The notes beneath the pieces were generated by a model that saw nothing but the letters and a program-made list of their open reading frames with translations, did not search any database and was not told where the DNA came from. From an uncultured bacterium (GTDB taxonomy: Bacteria; Hydrogenedentota; Hydrogenedentia; Hydrogenedentales; JAEUWI01): a stretch of 64,000 nucleotides of DNA. A program made the position numbers and the translations under genes. The stretch is taken from positions 16,709-80,708 of the forward strand of contig CAXBPH010000001.1 in the NCBI GenBank assembly GCA_963977445.1. Reading direction: 5' to 3'. The stretch's first letter is position 1. Each line of letters starts with the position of its first letter. Shown piece after piece: positions 39,499-49,182 of this stretch.

Positions 39499-42400
39499 GT
39501 GGCCAGAGAAACAAGGCAGGGAATTATCACAATGAAAAATCACCGCAATCGATTTGTGTTGGGCATGACGGTCAGTACGCTGCTTTGCGGACTCTGGCAA
39601 CCGCAACTTGACGCCCAGCAAGAAAGCGCCGAGACCCTGGCGGGCATGGAAACCGCTCCCGGACTCGAAGTGACGCTCTTCGCATCTGAGGACCAACTGG
39701 TCAATCCAACGGCCATAGACATCGGTCCAGACGGACGGGTCTGGGTGACGGAGGCAGCCAACTACCGCCTCTTCAAACATCCCGTTGTCCAGGAAGGTGG
39801 TGATCGTGTCCGCGTCCTTGAAGATACGGATGGAGACGGCCGTTGCGATAAAGCGACCACGTTCTACCAGGATCCTTCGCTCCAGGCACCGCTGGGCATC
39901 GCTATCCTCGGCGACCGGGTCTATGTGTGCCAAAGCCCCGACCTCTTCTATCTCGAAGACCTCGACAAAGACGGTAAGGCCGACAAGAAAACCATCATCC
40001 TCACCGGCTTCGGGGGCGTTGATCATGACCACGCCATACATGGCATCATGGCGGGCCCCGATGGTCTTATTTACATGACCGTAGGCGATGGCGGCCTTGA
40101 CGTGACCGATAAATCGGGCCACCGCATCACGGCTGGCAAGGGCGCTGAGAATCCCGAGTTTGATGCGGCCACCGTGTTACGCACCGATCCTGAGGGCAAT
40201 CATCTGGAGATCCTGGCCGAGGGCATGCGCAACCCCTATGAGCCCACCATAAACTCCTTTGGCACCATATTTGGTTCGGACAATGACGACGATGGCAACG
40301 AACAGGTCCAGATTAATGACGTCATGGAAGGCGGACATTATGGGTACTGGCCCCGGCGCCAGGGCGACCGTCGCCTTGATGCGATCCATTGGAACAAAGA
40401 CCGCGCCGGCGTAATGCCCAATATGATTCGCACGGGATTTGGCTCGCCCACCGGCATCCTGTTTTACGAAGGCTCCCTCCTTCCGACGCGCCTGCAGAAC
40501 ACCTTGATTCATGCAGACGCGGGTCCGGGCGTCATTCGCTCCTACCGCGCCGTGGCCAATGGCGCAGGCTACAGTGGCGAAACAGAAATTATCCTCTCCG
40601 CGCCAAAAGACAAATGGTTTCGTCCCAGCGACGTCTGCGTAGCGCCTGATGGTTCCGTGCTTGTCGCAGACTGGTACGACCCGGGCGTCGGCGGTCACAA
40701 CATGGGTGACACAACCCGTGGCCGAATCTACCGCCTGGCACCGCCTGCAACGCCCTATACGATTCCCCCGCTGGAGTTAACGACAGACGAAGGCATTACC
40801 AACGCCCTGGCCTCCCCCAACCTGGCCCGCCGCTACCTGGCCTATACCGTCCTCACCGGAGACCTTAAGGGTGCCGAAGTGCCCCTGCTCCATAAGATTT
40901 ATCAAAGCAATGATCCGGTCCTCCGCGCACGGGCCCTCTGGCTCCTCGGACAGGAAAAAAACCACGGCTTGGAAACCCTCCTGGAAGCGGCCAAAGATGA
41001 TGCCCCGGCCTTCCGCGTTGAAGCCGTTCGCCTGTTGGCCGCCCGGGGTTCGGATGCGCTCTTCATGGCCGCTGGGTTGGTCGACGACCCCAACCCCATG
41101 GTCCGCCGCCAGGTGCTGGTAGAACTGCGCAACCTGCCGGATTCCTCCAAGCGAGACGCATGGCTTATCGCCCTGGCCCTGCAATATGACGGCCAGGATC
41201 GATTCTATCGGGAGGCAGTGGGTATCGCCTTCACCGGCCGGGAATCCTGGGGCTTTGAACAACTTCATGAGAAATTGGGTGGCCGCTGGGATGAACGCCT
41301 CTCCGGCCTGGCCCTCCAACTTCATCCCCCAGAGGCTATGGTGATCGCCGAGACCGCACTCAGCAACGCCAACCTTGGTGATACCCCCCGAAAATTGGCC
41401 ATGGACGTGCTCGACGCCATCGGCACCGAGGAAAGCGGCAAGCTTCTCGTCCAACTCATCGAAGCACCCGGCACCGAAGCCACCCTTTTCGAGCACGCCC
41501 TGCACCACCTTTCCCGGAATGGCGGCCAGGACTGGAGCAGCGTTACCGGCGGCGACGTCCTGGACGACGCCCTCGCGACCGCCTTGGATGACCCGGGACG
41601 CAGCAAGGCGGTGTGGTCCTTCCTTGCCGACACCCAACGACAGAGCTTCGTACCGGTATTGATTGCCCGTGCAAACCAGGAAACACTCACACTGGACAGT
41701 CGATTGGCCTCCCTGAGCGGCATCCGAGCGATTGCGCCCAAAGTAGGCCCCAAGGATGCCGACGGCATGGTAAAGGAGCTCGCACCCCTGCTGCAGGATA
41801 AAAATGAATTGTTGCGGAACGCGGTTCTCCAGACGATCCAGGATTTCCGTGGCAGCGCCAGCCGTTCCCTTCTACTGGACCTCGTTTTGGACATAGAACA
41901 GGATCTGACCCTGCGCGCGGACCTCGCCAAACACCTGGCGGGCACCCAGTCTGGCGCCATTGCGCTGCTGGATGCGGTGGAACAGGAAACATTGCCGGCT
42001 GACCTGCTGCCCGTGGTTTCGGAACAGATTCACAACAGCCCCTTCGAAGATGCCCGCATGATGGCGGAACAACTGCTTCCCCGAGACACCACCGCCGATG
42101 GTGCGGCCCTGCCCCCCATGGAGGAACTGATAACCATGGCGGGCGACGCGGAACGGGGCAAGATGGTCTTCTTCAGCGAAGATTTTGCCCAATGCTTCCG
42201 CTGCCACAGAATCGGAGAGGAAGGCAAAGAAGTGGGTCCCAATCTCACGGTGATTGGCCAGAAATTCGGCCGGGAAGGCATTCTGGAATCCATCCTCTTT
42301 CCGAGTGCAGCCATTTCCCACGAATATGAGGTTTGGATAGTGGAAACCGAGTGGGACGGCTTCCTCAGCGGCTTCATTGTGAGTGAGAACGACAAAGAAG

Positions 42401-42561
42401 TGAGACTGATGGATGCTACCGGCACCGTAAAAGATTTGAAGCGGTCTGATATCCTCGACACCCGGAAAAGTGCGACTTCACTCATGCCGACGGGACTGGC
42501 AGCGGCCATGTCGGCCCAGGATTTGAGCGATCTGGTAGCCTATCTGGCAACACTCAAATAG
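39499..42561 (+). CDS. PVC-type large secreted protein: membrane-bound-dehydrogenase-like beta-propeller + HEAT repeats + C-terminal CxxCH heme-binding domain
   Basis: Signal peptide. DIGPDGRVWVTE / VAPDGSVLVADWYDPGVGGH propeller blades. HEAT/PBS-lyase-like repeats. C-terminal CFRCHRIGEEGKEVGPNLT cytochrome-c motif (Pirellula/Verrucomicrobium-type heme-binding domain). Confidence 0.7.
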   Translation: MARETRQGIITMKNHRNRFVLGMTVSTLLCGLWQPQLDAQQESAETLAGMETAPGLEVTLFASEDQLVNPTAIDIGPDGRVWVTEAANYRLFKHPVVQEGGDRVRVLEDTDGDGRCDKATTFYQDPSLQAPLGIAILGDRVYVCQSPDLFYLEDLDKDGKADKKTIILTGFGGVDHDHAIHGIMAGPDGLIYMTVGDGGLDVTDKSGHRITAGKGAENPEFDAATVLRTDPEGNHLEILAEGMRNPYEPTINSFGTIFGSDNDDDGNEQVQINDVMEGGHYGYWPRRQGDRRLDAIHWNKDRAGVMPNMIRTGFGSPTGILFYEGSLLPTRLQNTLIHADAGPGVIRSYRAVANGAGYSGETEIILSAPKDKWFRPSDVCVAPDGSVLVADWYDPGVGGHNMGDTTRGRIYRLAPPATPYTIPPLELTTDEGITNALASPNLARRYLAYTVLTGDLKGAEVPLLHKIYQSNDPVLRARALWLLGQEKNHGLETLLEAAKDDAPAFRVEAVRLLAARGSDALFMAAGLVDDPNPMVRRQVLVELRNLPDSSKRDAWLIALALQYDGQDRFYREAVGIAFTGRESWGFEQLHEKLGGRWDERLSGLALQLHPPEAMVIAETALSNANLGDTPRKLAMDVLDAIGTEESGKLLVQLIEAPGTEATLFEHALHHLSRNGGQDWSSVTGGDVLDDALATALDDPGRSKAVWSFLADTQRQSFVPVLIARANQETLTLDSRLASLSGIRAIAPKVGPKDADGMVKELAPLLQDKNELLRNAVLQTIQDFRGSASRSLLLDLVLDIEQDLTLRADLAKHLAGTQSGAIALLDAVEQETLPADLLPVVSEQIHNSPFEDARMMAEQLLPRDTTADGAALPPMEELITMAGDAERGKMVFFSEDFAQCFRCHRIGEEGKEVGPNLTVIGQKFGREGILESILFPSAAISHEYEVWIVETEWDGFLSGFIVSENDKEVRLMDATGTVKDLKRSDILDTRKSATSLMPTGLAAAMSAQDLSDLVAYLATLK

Positions 42562-42584
42562 AAACTCTTTGAGATGATTTCATG

Positions 42585-42616
42585 AGCACGGGATAGCCAT
42601 TTATCCCGTGCTTTTT
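42585..42616 (+). terminator. rho-independent terminator after the 1020-aa gene
   Basis: agcacgggata-gccattt-tatcccgtgct followed by TTTT, 24 nt after the stop. Confidence 0.55.
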
Positions 42617-42776
42617 ACGTGAATCCCCCTACGCTTCGGCTTGCGCGGGGAAGTATGGGCCCAAAGTGACCTTTGCGTGATCTGCCCGGATCGGTGTACC
42701 ATGGAGTTAAGTTGTTAGCGGCTCAACGGTCAACGCGTATTTACCACGCGATGAAAGCAAAGGCGATCACTGAGGC

Positions 42777-43808
42777 ATGAATTCGAACTCAAAAACAAAA
42801 CCCGCCGAACCCTCCTCGCCCTCTCCCGAGCTATCTCCACCCAACGCGCCCGCCTCCGGTCCACCCGAGACGGTATTGGAAAGCAGTTTCGACGGATTTG
42901 ACGAAGCCCGCATTCTCAAAGACCTGGAAGCACAAAAAGGTGCAGAAGCTCCAGATCTAATCTCCGACCAACGCTCGGTTCGCCTGCGACCCGGTGTCGT
43001 AATTAACCGTAGATTTAAAATTCTCAAACAATTGGGGATGGGCGGTATGGGGGCCGTTTATCTGGTTAAAGATACCCACCTCCGGGAACGTCGGGCACTC
43101 AAGGTCATGCTGCCCCGACTCCTGTCCAACCCCCAGGCCCAGCGCCGATTCCTCATCGAGACCAAAGTTACCCAGCGACTTGCCCATGCAAATATCGTCC
43201 GGGTACACGACTTGGGCATGGATTTCGACTCGGGCATGCAATTCTTCACCATGGCCCTGGTTGAAGGGGAAACCCTCTACGACTTTTTAAAACGCAAGGG
43301 TGGCCAGCTCCCCATTGCTGACGTGCTGGACATCGCCCGCCAGATTTGCAGCGCCTTGTCCTACGCTCACCGAACCACCATTCACCGCGACCTGAAACCT
43401 CAGAATATTATGATTGGCGACGACGGCCACATCACCCTATTGGATTTTGGTCTGGCGAAGCTGTTGGATCAGAGTAACCCAGCGTTTTCCCGCATGGCCG
43501 TGGGCACCGTCCAGTACCAGGCACCCGAGCAGAAGTCCAATCCCCTGAATATCGACAAACGCGCCGATCTCTACGCACTGGGCGTTATCCTCTACCAATT
43601 GCTAACGGGTAAACTGCCTCTGGGACATTACACGCCTGCTTCACAACTCCAACGGGGCGTTCCGAGGCGCATGGATGCCATCATTCGATGCTGCCTCAAG
43701 AAACGTGGTGAACGGTATGCCAGCGCTGAAGCCCTCCAACACGATCTGAATACGGCCACCTACAGTGCCCTTCGGCGGTGGCTGCTTGGTTTCCGGTCAC
43801 CTCGATAG
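42777..43808 (+). CDS. Hanks-type serine/threonine protein kinase
   Basis: Catalytic loop HRDLKPQNIM, DFG (LLDFGLAK), APE (QYQAPE). N-terminal Pro/Ser-rich low-complexity segment. Confidence 0.85.
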   Translation: MNSNSKTKPAEPSSPSPELSPPNAPASGPPETVLESSFDGFDEARILKDLEAQKGAEAPDLISDQRSVRLRPGVVINRRFKILKQLGMGGMGAVYLVKDTHLRERRALKVMLPRLLSNPQAQRRFLIETKVTQRLAHANIVRVHDLGMDFDSGMQFFTMALVEGETLYDFLKRKGGQLPIADVLDIARQICSALSYAHRTTIHRDLKPQNIMIGDDGHITLLDFGLAKLLDQSNPAFSRMAVGTVQYQAPEQKSNPLNIDKRADLYALGVILYQLLTGKLPLGHYTPASQLQRGVPRRMDAIIRCCLKKRGERYASAEALQHDLNTATYSALRRWLLGFRSPR

Positions 43809-43991
43809 CCCCCACGGATTAGGTGGCTATCCCCGCACCCAAACGGACGCTTCGCTCAAAAAGGGTCGGATTAACTGACCACATCATTTTGGGCAGTCCC
43901 CCTGCGAAGAAATCACGGATGAAAAACTACCGGCTTTCTGTTAGAGTAAACCAAGCACAGTCAGAAAATCAGTACCGTACAGGGAGGGATT

Positions 43992-44336
43992 ATGCCAGGA
44001 TTGGAACACGCTTCGTGCATCTATCATCCGGGAAAAATAGCCGCTTCGAAATGCAAACAATGTGGAAAAACGACCTGCGCCCAGTGCACGGTCTCGGGCC
44101 CCACGGGAGCCTTTTGTTCTACCCCCTGCCGCACGGCGAATGAGGCACGGGTTATTCAAGCGGGTGACACCAGTGGTAGAGCACGATCCACATTCTTCGT
44201 AAGAATTCGCGGTATCTTCAGCAAACTCATCATTTTGCTTGTTATACTCCTCGCCGCCGCATGGGTCACCACCTTCATGTATATTCCCGGCCTCTCAGAA
44301 GTGATAAACACCCTGCGTGCCTCGCTGGGTATCTAG
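43992..44336 (+). CDS. zinc-ribbon (B-box-like) protein with C-terminal TM helix
   Basis: CIYHPGKIAASKCKQCGKTTCAQCTV...CSTPC, then hydrophobic IILLVILLAAAWVTTFMYIP. Confidence 0.4.
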   Translation: MPGLEHASCIYHPGKIAASKCKQCGKTTCAQCTVSGPTGAFCSTPCRTANEARVIQAGDTSGRARSTFFVRIRGIFSKLIILLVILLAAAWVTTFMYIPGLSEVINTLRASLGI

Positions 44337-44490
44337 GAGTCTGACTCCTGGAAGCCCCCGACTCCCAGGCATGCTATACAGCCATATTATCTATTCATAA
44401 GGTCGTTCCCATCGTCACATGGGAATGGCACGTGGTCAGTCGTTGTGTAGGCGCAATCTTGTGTTTCCACAACAAAGCAGGAGAGCAATC

Positions 44491-44928
44491 ATGGATTTAA
44501 GTGGACTGAAGTGGCCTTTTATCATCGTTGTAATCGTCGGCATTGGCTGGTTGGCCACCAGCGGCGGCGTAAACTGGATGTATGGAAAATACACCGCAGC
44601 CAGCCCGGGCGTTGACGCGCAGCAGGACTTACGCGATGAAGCTGGCCTGACGAGCCTGGCCGGATACACCTATATCCTTTGGAAATGGGAGACTACCATC
44701 CAGATAATTGAAGTAAGTATCGACCGCTATGGTGAAAATGGACCCAATTACTGGTACAATCTCGAACGACTCAGTAGCTGCTACGACCGCATTGGGCAGT
44801 ATCAGGTAAGCGTCGATATCTTGCGAGAGTTAATGGATGCAAACGCGCACGAGATCGATGAACGGGTGGGCAACTTCGACGCCCTCAATCTTCGGGCCGC
44901 AAAACTTATAGAGATGCACGAACTATAG
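44491..44928 (+). CDS. hypothetical membrane protein
   Basis: aggaga RBS 8 nt upstream of the ATG at 44491. One N-terminal TM helix (WPFIIVVIVGIGWLATSG). Unknown family. Confidence 0.35.
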   Translation: MDLSGLKWPFIIVVIVGIGWLATSGGVNWMYGKYTAASPGVDAQQDLRDEAGLTSLAGYTYILWKWETTIQIIEVSIDRYGENGPNYWYNLERLSSCYDRIGQYQVSVDILRELMDANAHEIDERVGNFDALNLRAAKLIEMHEL

Positions 44929-44930
44929 TG

Positions 44931-45677
44931 ATGAATAACAAAGACACCCTGATTGGTAGAATTCCCGTGTTGGAGTGCCTCCGCGCCAAGCGCCGGAAGG
45001 CACTTCAACTATTTATATTGGAGTCCGGTAACGGGCTGGAAGAGATCACTTCCGCAGCACGAAGTATACCCATCGAAAAGGTCTCGCGCCTGGAATTGGA
45101 TCGCATGACCGATGGGGCCAATCACCAGGGCGTGGTACTCCATGCCAATCCCCTGCCTGTCCGAACGTTGCCCGAATGGCTCGGCCGCCCGGTCGCTGCC
45201 GATGCGTTCATCGTCATTCTGGACTGTGTGGAAGACCCCCAGAATTTTGGGGCCATCGTGCGATCAGCGGCCGCCTGTGGTGCCGCAGCGGTGCTCTTTC
45301 CAAAGGATCGGAGTGCGCCCATCGGCCCGGCCACGGTAAAAAGTGCTGCCGGGGCGCTGGAACACATTGATATGATTCAGGTGCCCAATATTGCGCGGGC
45401 AGCGGCCGAACTCAAGAAACATGATTTCTGGTTGGCCGCGCTCATGCCCGAAGGACCGCAAGTACTTTGGGATGCTGATCTTAAGGGACGCATAGCCATC
45501 GTGGTGGGCAATGAAGGCAAAGGTATTCGTCCCCTCGTGGAGAAACAGTGCGACCTTGCCGTGCGTATACCGCTCACGGGCTCCATTACCAGCCTGAACG
45601 CGTCGGTAAGCACGGCTATTGCCCTGGCGGAATGCGTCAGACAGCGCCATAACGCCGCCACAGCGAAGCGCCCATAA
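44931..45677 (+). CDS. rlmB: 23S rRNA (guanosine-2'-O)-methyltransferase RlmB / SpoU-TrmH family
   Basis: VILDCVEDPQNFGAIVRSAAACGAAAVLF, VVGNEGKGIRP and IPLTGSITSLNASVSTAIAL SPOUT motifs. N-terminal RlmB-type substrate-binding domain. Confidence 0.75.
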   Translation: MNNKDTLIGRIPVLECLRAKRRKALQLFILESGNGLEEITSAARSIPIEKVSRLELDRMTDGANHQGVVLHANPLPVRTLPEWLGRPVAADAFIVILDCVEDPQNFGAIVRSAAACGAAAVLFPKDRSAPIGPATVKSAAGALEHIDMIQVPNIARAAAELKKHDFWLAALMPEGPQVLWDADLKGRIAIVVGNEGKGIRPLVEKQCDLAVRIPLTGSITSLNASVSTAIALAECVRQRHNAATAKRP

Positions 45678-45837
45678 CCCATTGTTATAGAACCCGTTAA
45701 CCGAAGATCACGGTGATGCGCTTCACCGTCGTCTTCCGGTTTCGGTAATGGGTGGGCCGGCTCTCTCCTGGAATCACATTTACCGATTCGCTCACGTCAC
45801 GGATTGTGTCCCCCGGGGTCGTCATCTTCCCCATTGG

Positions 45838-46089
45838 TCAATCGAGAACGGGGGGCGTATCCAAATCCCGTTCACGTAACTTTTTAGCATAATACGTCAC
45901 GATGCGTCGCAGCAGTTCATCACGCTTAATACCTTCAACCTCCGCCTTCCACCGCAAAAATGCGGCGGCGGACCGGGGCAACGTAACTGTCATCTTGACC
46001 ATATCCGATGGATTGGTATCCCCCAGATGTTGATCTTTCTTTTTACGCAGTCGCGCGGCCTGTTCGTTCTCCGTCATGTTTTCCTCCAC
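45838..46089 (-). CDS. ribbon-helix-helix (CopG/Arc-like) small DNA-binding protein
   Basis: MVKMTVTLPRSAAAFLRWKAEVEGIKRDELLRRIV beta-strand then two helices. 83 aa. Borders an AT-rich intergenic region. Confidence 0.45.
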   Translation of the reverse strand: MEENMTENEQAARLRKKKDQHLGDTNPSDMVKMTVTLPRSAAAFLRWKAEVEGIKRDELLRRIVTYYAKKLRERDLDTPPVLD

Positions 46090-46340
46090 GTATCTGCTCC
46101 TGATTGGAAGGGTACAAGTTCTACGCTAATCATATACCGTTGTTAACGCTTTTATAAAGACCACTATAACACGTAATTGTGCTAATCACGTAAAATGAAT
46201 TTCGTAATCGGGGTCAACTATTCCTATAATAGAGACTGGTCGGTTTGAATGACCTCACAATCGTGCGCAAATAAGGTAATAAATATGTTCCAAATTGCGC
46301 TACGAATTGTATCCAATCTACGCATTTCGGGAGAGTCGGG

Positions 46341-48032
46341 TTGAATATTCTGGGCATTGGTGGCTATTCGCACGATTCCGCAGCGGCACTGGTATGTGAC
46401 GGAAGAGTCGTTGCCGCCGTAGCCGAAGAACGTCTCTCCCGGGTGAAACATCAGGGCGGCATCCCCCACCGCGCCATCGCCTGGTGCCTGGAAGCGGGTG
46501 GAATAACGGCGGAAGAGGTGGACCATGTGGGCTGCTACATGCGCCCGGGCCTTCGCCTCGGAAAGCGCCTTCCCTACCGTGCATCGACCTTCTTCAAGCA
46601 TCCATTTTACGCTACAGCCTTTGCCGGGTATGAAATAATTCACAACGCCCAATACATCCAAGGTATGCGGAAGCTGACACCGCCCCATGGGAAGCTCCAC
46701 TATATGGAACACCATCCGGCCCACGCAGCCAGCGCTTTCTTATGCAGCCCCTTTGAGGAAGCCGCCCTCCTCTCCATCGATTATGTGGGCGAATGGGCCG
46801 TAACCTGGACCGGAGTGGGCCGTGGCGGCGCCATCACCCGCCTTCGCCAGACCAACTACCCCAACTCCCTCGGCGTCTTTTATTCCGCCCTCACCGACTA
46901 CCTCGGCTTTCTCCGTGCGTCGGATGAATACAAGGTGATGGGCCTGGCGTCCTACGGGGAACCGACCTACTATGACGATCTGAAAGAGGTCATTCGTCCC
47001 CAGGAGGACGGCTGGTATGCCATCGATCACCGATACACGGCGTGGCACTATCTTCCCGGTTCCCGTTGTGGTTATTTCAGCCAACGGTTTATTGACCGCT
47101 TCGGGCCGCCCCGAAAAAAAGACGAGCCCATCACCGAGCATCACCGCAATCTGGCGGCCTCGGCCCAGCGCCTTCTCGAAGACATCGTATTGAATCTGTG
47201 CCGCAGCCTTCACAAGGAAACCGGCCTGAAAAAGCTCTGTCTTGCTGGAGGCGTTGCCTTGAATTGCTCCATGAATGGGCGACTCAAACGGGAAGGCCCC
47301 TTTGAAGACATCTGGGTGCAACCCGCTTCGGGCGATGATGGCATCGCTATTGGAGCGGCACTCCAGCTCCACCACCAGTTCGGTGGTTCCCCCCGGAACT
47401 TTGTGATGGATCACGCTTTTCTGGGCCCCGAAGTTTCCAATGAAGAAATCGGCGATTTTCTGGACCTGACCAAGACCCCCTATCACCGCTCAGAAAACAT
47501 CGCCGAAGATACGGCGAAGTTACTGGCTGAGGGGAAAATTGTGGGTTGGTTTCAGGGCCCGATGGAGTTTGGCCCCCGTGCCTTGGGAAGTCGCAGTATT
47601 CTGGCCGACCCGACCCGACCCGACATGAAAGACCTCCTGAACAAACACGTCAAATTTCGGGAAGAATTTCGACCCTTTGCCCCGAGCGTCCTGGCGGAAC
47701 ACGCGAGCACCTATTTTGAAGGCTGTACCGATTCGCCCTTCATGCTCTTTGTCTATCCCGTGCGCGCCGAGAAACAGGCGGAAGTCCCGGCGGTCACCCA
47801 TATCGACGGCACCGCCCGGGTGCAGACGGTCACGGAAGCGGCCAATCCCCGTTACTATCAACTTATCAAGGCCTTTGCCGACCTCCGCGGAACGCCCATG
47901 CTGCTCAACACCAGTTTTAACGTGATGGGTGAGCCTATCGTGCACAGCCCGTCTGACGCGATCCGATGTTTTTATAGCACGGGCATGGATGCCCTGGCTA
48001 TTGGCGACTATCTCATTGTAAAGAATCCCTGA
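46341..48032 (+). CDS. carbamoyltransferase, NodU/CmcH/TobZ family
   Basis: N-terminal MNILGIGGYSHDSAAALVCDGRVVAAVAEERLSRVKH (ASKHA-like domain) and C-terminal YrdC-like domain. 563 aa, matching O-carbamoyltransferases. TTG start preceded by gggagag. Confidence 0.85.
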   Translation: MNILGIGGYSHDSAAALVCDGRVVAAVAEERLSRVKHQGGIPHRAIAWCLEAGGITAEEVDHVGCYMRPGLRLGKRLPYRASTFFKHPFYATAFAGYEIIHNAQYIQGMRKLTPPHGKLHYMEHHPAHAASAFLCSPFEEAALLSIDYVGEWAVTWTGVGRGGAITRLRQTNYPNSLGVFYSALTDYLGFLRASDEYKVMGLASYGEPTYYDDLKEVIRPQEDGWYAIDHRYTAWHYLPGSRCGYFSQRFIDRFGPPRKKDEPITEHHRNLAASAQRLLEDIVLNLCRSLHKETGLKKLCLAGGVALNCSMNGRLKREGPFEDIWVQPASGDDGIAIGAALQLHHQFGGSPRNFVMDHAFLGPEVSNEEIGDFLDLTKTPYHRSENIAEDTAKLLAEGKIVGWFQGPMEFGPRALGSRSILADPTRPDMKDLLNKHVKFREEFRPFAPSVLAEHASTYFEGCTDSPFMLFVYPVRAEKQAEVPAVTHIDGTARVQTVTEAANPRYYQLIKAFADLRGTPMLLNTSFNVMGEPIVHSPSDAIRCFYSTGMDALAIGDYLIVKNP

Positions 48033-48063
48033 ATCCAACCCAGGTATCGGACAGGCCAGTTAC

Positions 48064-49182
48064 ATGCGCATCCTCATTCCCACCGTGGACTACCCCCCCA
48101 TTGAAGGGGGCATCAGTACGGTTGCCCTGCAGGTGTCGCGCGTGCTGGCACGCCAGGGGCACGACGTCACGGTGGTCGCCCCTGCGTTTCCGGGTATGGA
48201 GGCCTTTGATGCGGCCGAGCCCGTCACCGTCGTGCGATTCCCCGGTTACGATCTGGGCTGGTTTCGCCTCCTCCCCCTCCTCAGGACGAGCTGGCCCCTT
48301 GTGGCAGATACAGACCTTATTCTGGCCATCAACGTGGCCTACGGGGGCATCCTGGGCCGTCTGGCCTATGCGCGACGGGGCACGCCCTACATCAATTTCG
48401 CCTACGCCTACGAATTCCTGAAGTTCGGAGGCAATCCCGTCGCCACAATGGCCCTGCGCTCGATCTATCGCAACGGCCTGCGCTGCATCGCCATCAGTCG
48501 CTTCACCCAGGAAAACCTGATTAATTTCGGTGTCCATGAATCCCATATTCGGATTGCCCTTCCGGGGGCCTCGCCCGCGACGGCAGTGCCGGAAATTACC
48601 GTAGCCCAAGCCCGTCACGAGCTTGATCTCCATGAGGGGCCCTTTGTCCTTGCCGTGGGACGCTTCATTCCACGAAAAGGGCACATACGCCTCGTGGAAG
48701 CCCTGCCCTATGTTCAGGAACGGGTCGGAGCCGTCCAACTGGTCATGGTGGGACGGGGACCGGAACGAGAACGGTGTGTGGAAAAGGCCCACGCTCTGGG
48801 TATTGAAGGCTCCGTGCGTTGTCCCGGCTACGTCGAGGAAGACATACTGCAAGCCCTCTATCAGGATTGCGCCTGCTTCGCCCTGCCCACCGGACAGGAT
48901 GACGATGGCCAGGTGGAAGGATTCGGCCTGGTTTTTACCGAGGCCCACGCCCATGGCAAGGCCGTCGTCGCCGGGCGTTCCGGGGGCGTCACCGATGCGG
49001 TGCTTCATGACCGAACGGGAATCGTCGTACCCTCGAAAGACGCCGACCGCCTCGTGGAAGCCTTGGCCGCTCTGCTCCAGGACCCCGACCACGCTGCTAC
49101 CCTCGGGAAGGCCGGATTGGATCGCGTGCGGGACACGTTGAACTGGGACCGATTTACGGAACAGGTTCTGGCCGATGACTGA
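48064..49182 (+). CDS. glycosyltransferase family 4
   Basis: EGFGLVFTEAHAHGKAVVAGRSGGVTDAV motif. GT-B fold. Confidence 0.8.
   Translation: MRILIPTVDYPPIEGGISTVALQVSRVLARQGHDVTVVAPAFPGMEAFDAAEPVTVVRFPGYDLGWFRLLPLLRTSWPLVADTDLILAINVAYGGILGRLAYARRGTPYINFAYAYEFLKFGGNPVATMALRSIYRNGLRCIAISRFTQENLINFGVHESHIRIALPGASPATAVPEITVAQARHELDLHEGPFVLAVGRFIPRKGHIRLVEALPYVQERVGAVQLVMVGRGPERERCVEKAHALGIEGSVRCPGYVEEDILQALYQDCACFALPTGQDDDGQVEGFGLVFTEAHAHGKAVVAGRSGGVTDAVLHDRTGIVVPSKDADRLVEALAALLQDPDHAATLGKAGLDRVRDTLNWDRFTEQVLADD

Noticed and set aside
44338-44380. Short palindromes (GGAGTCtGACTCC, CCTGG...CCAGG) after the zinc-ribbon gene considered as a terminator
   Set aside because: The stems are too short and have no loop or U-tract. 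Not a credible intrinsic terminator.
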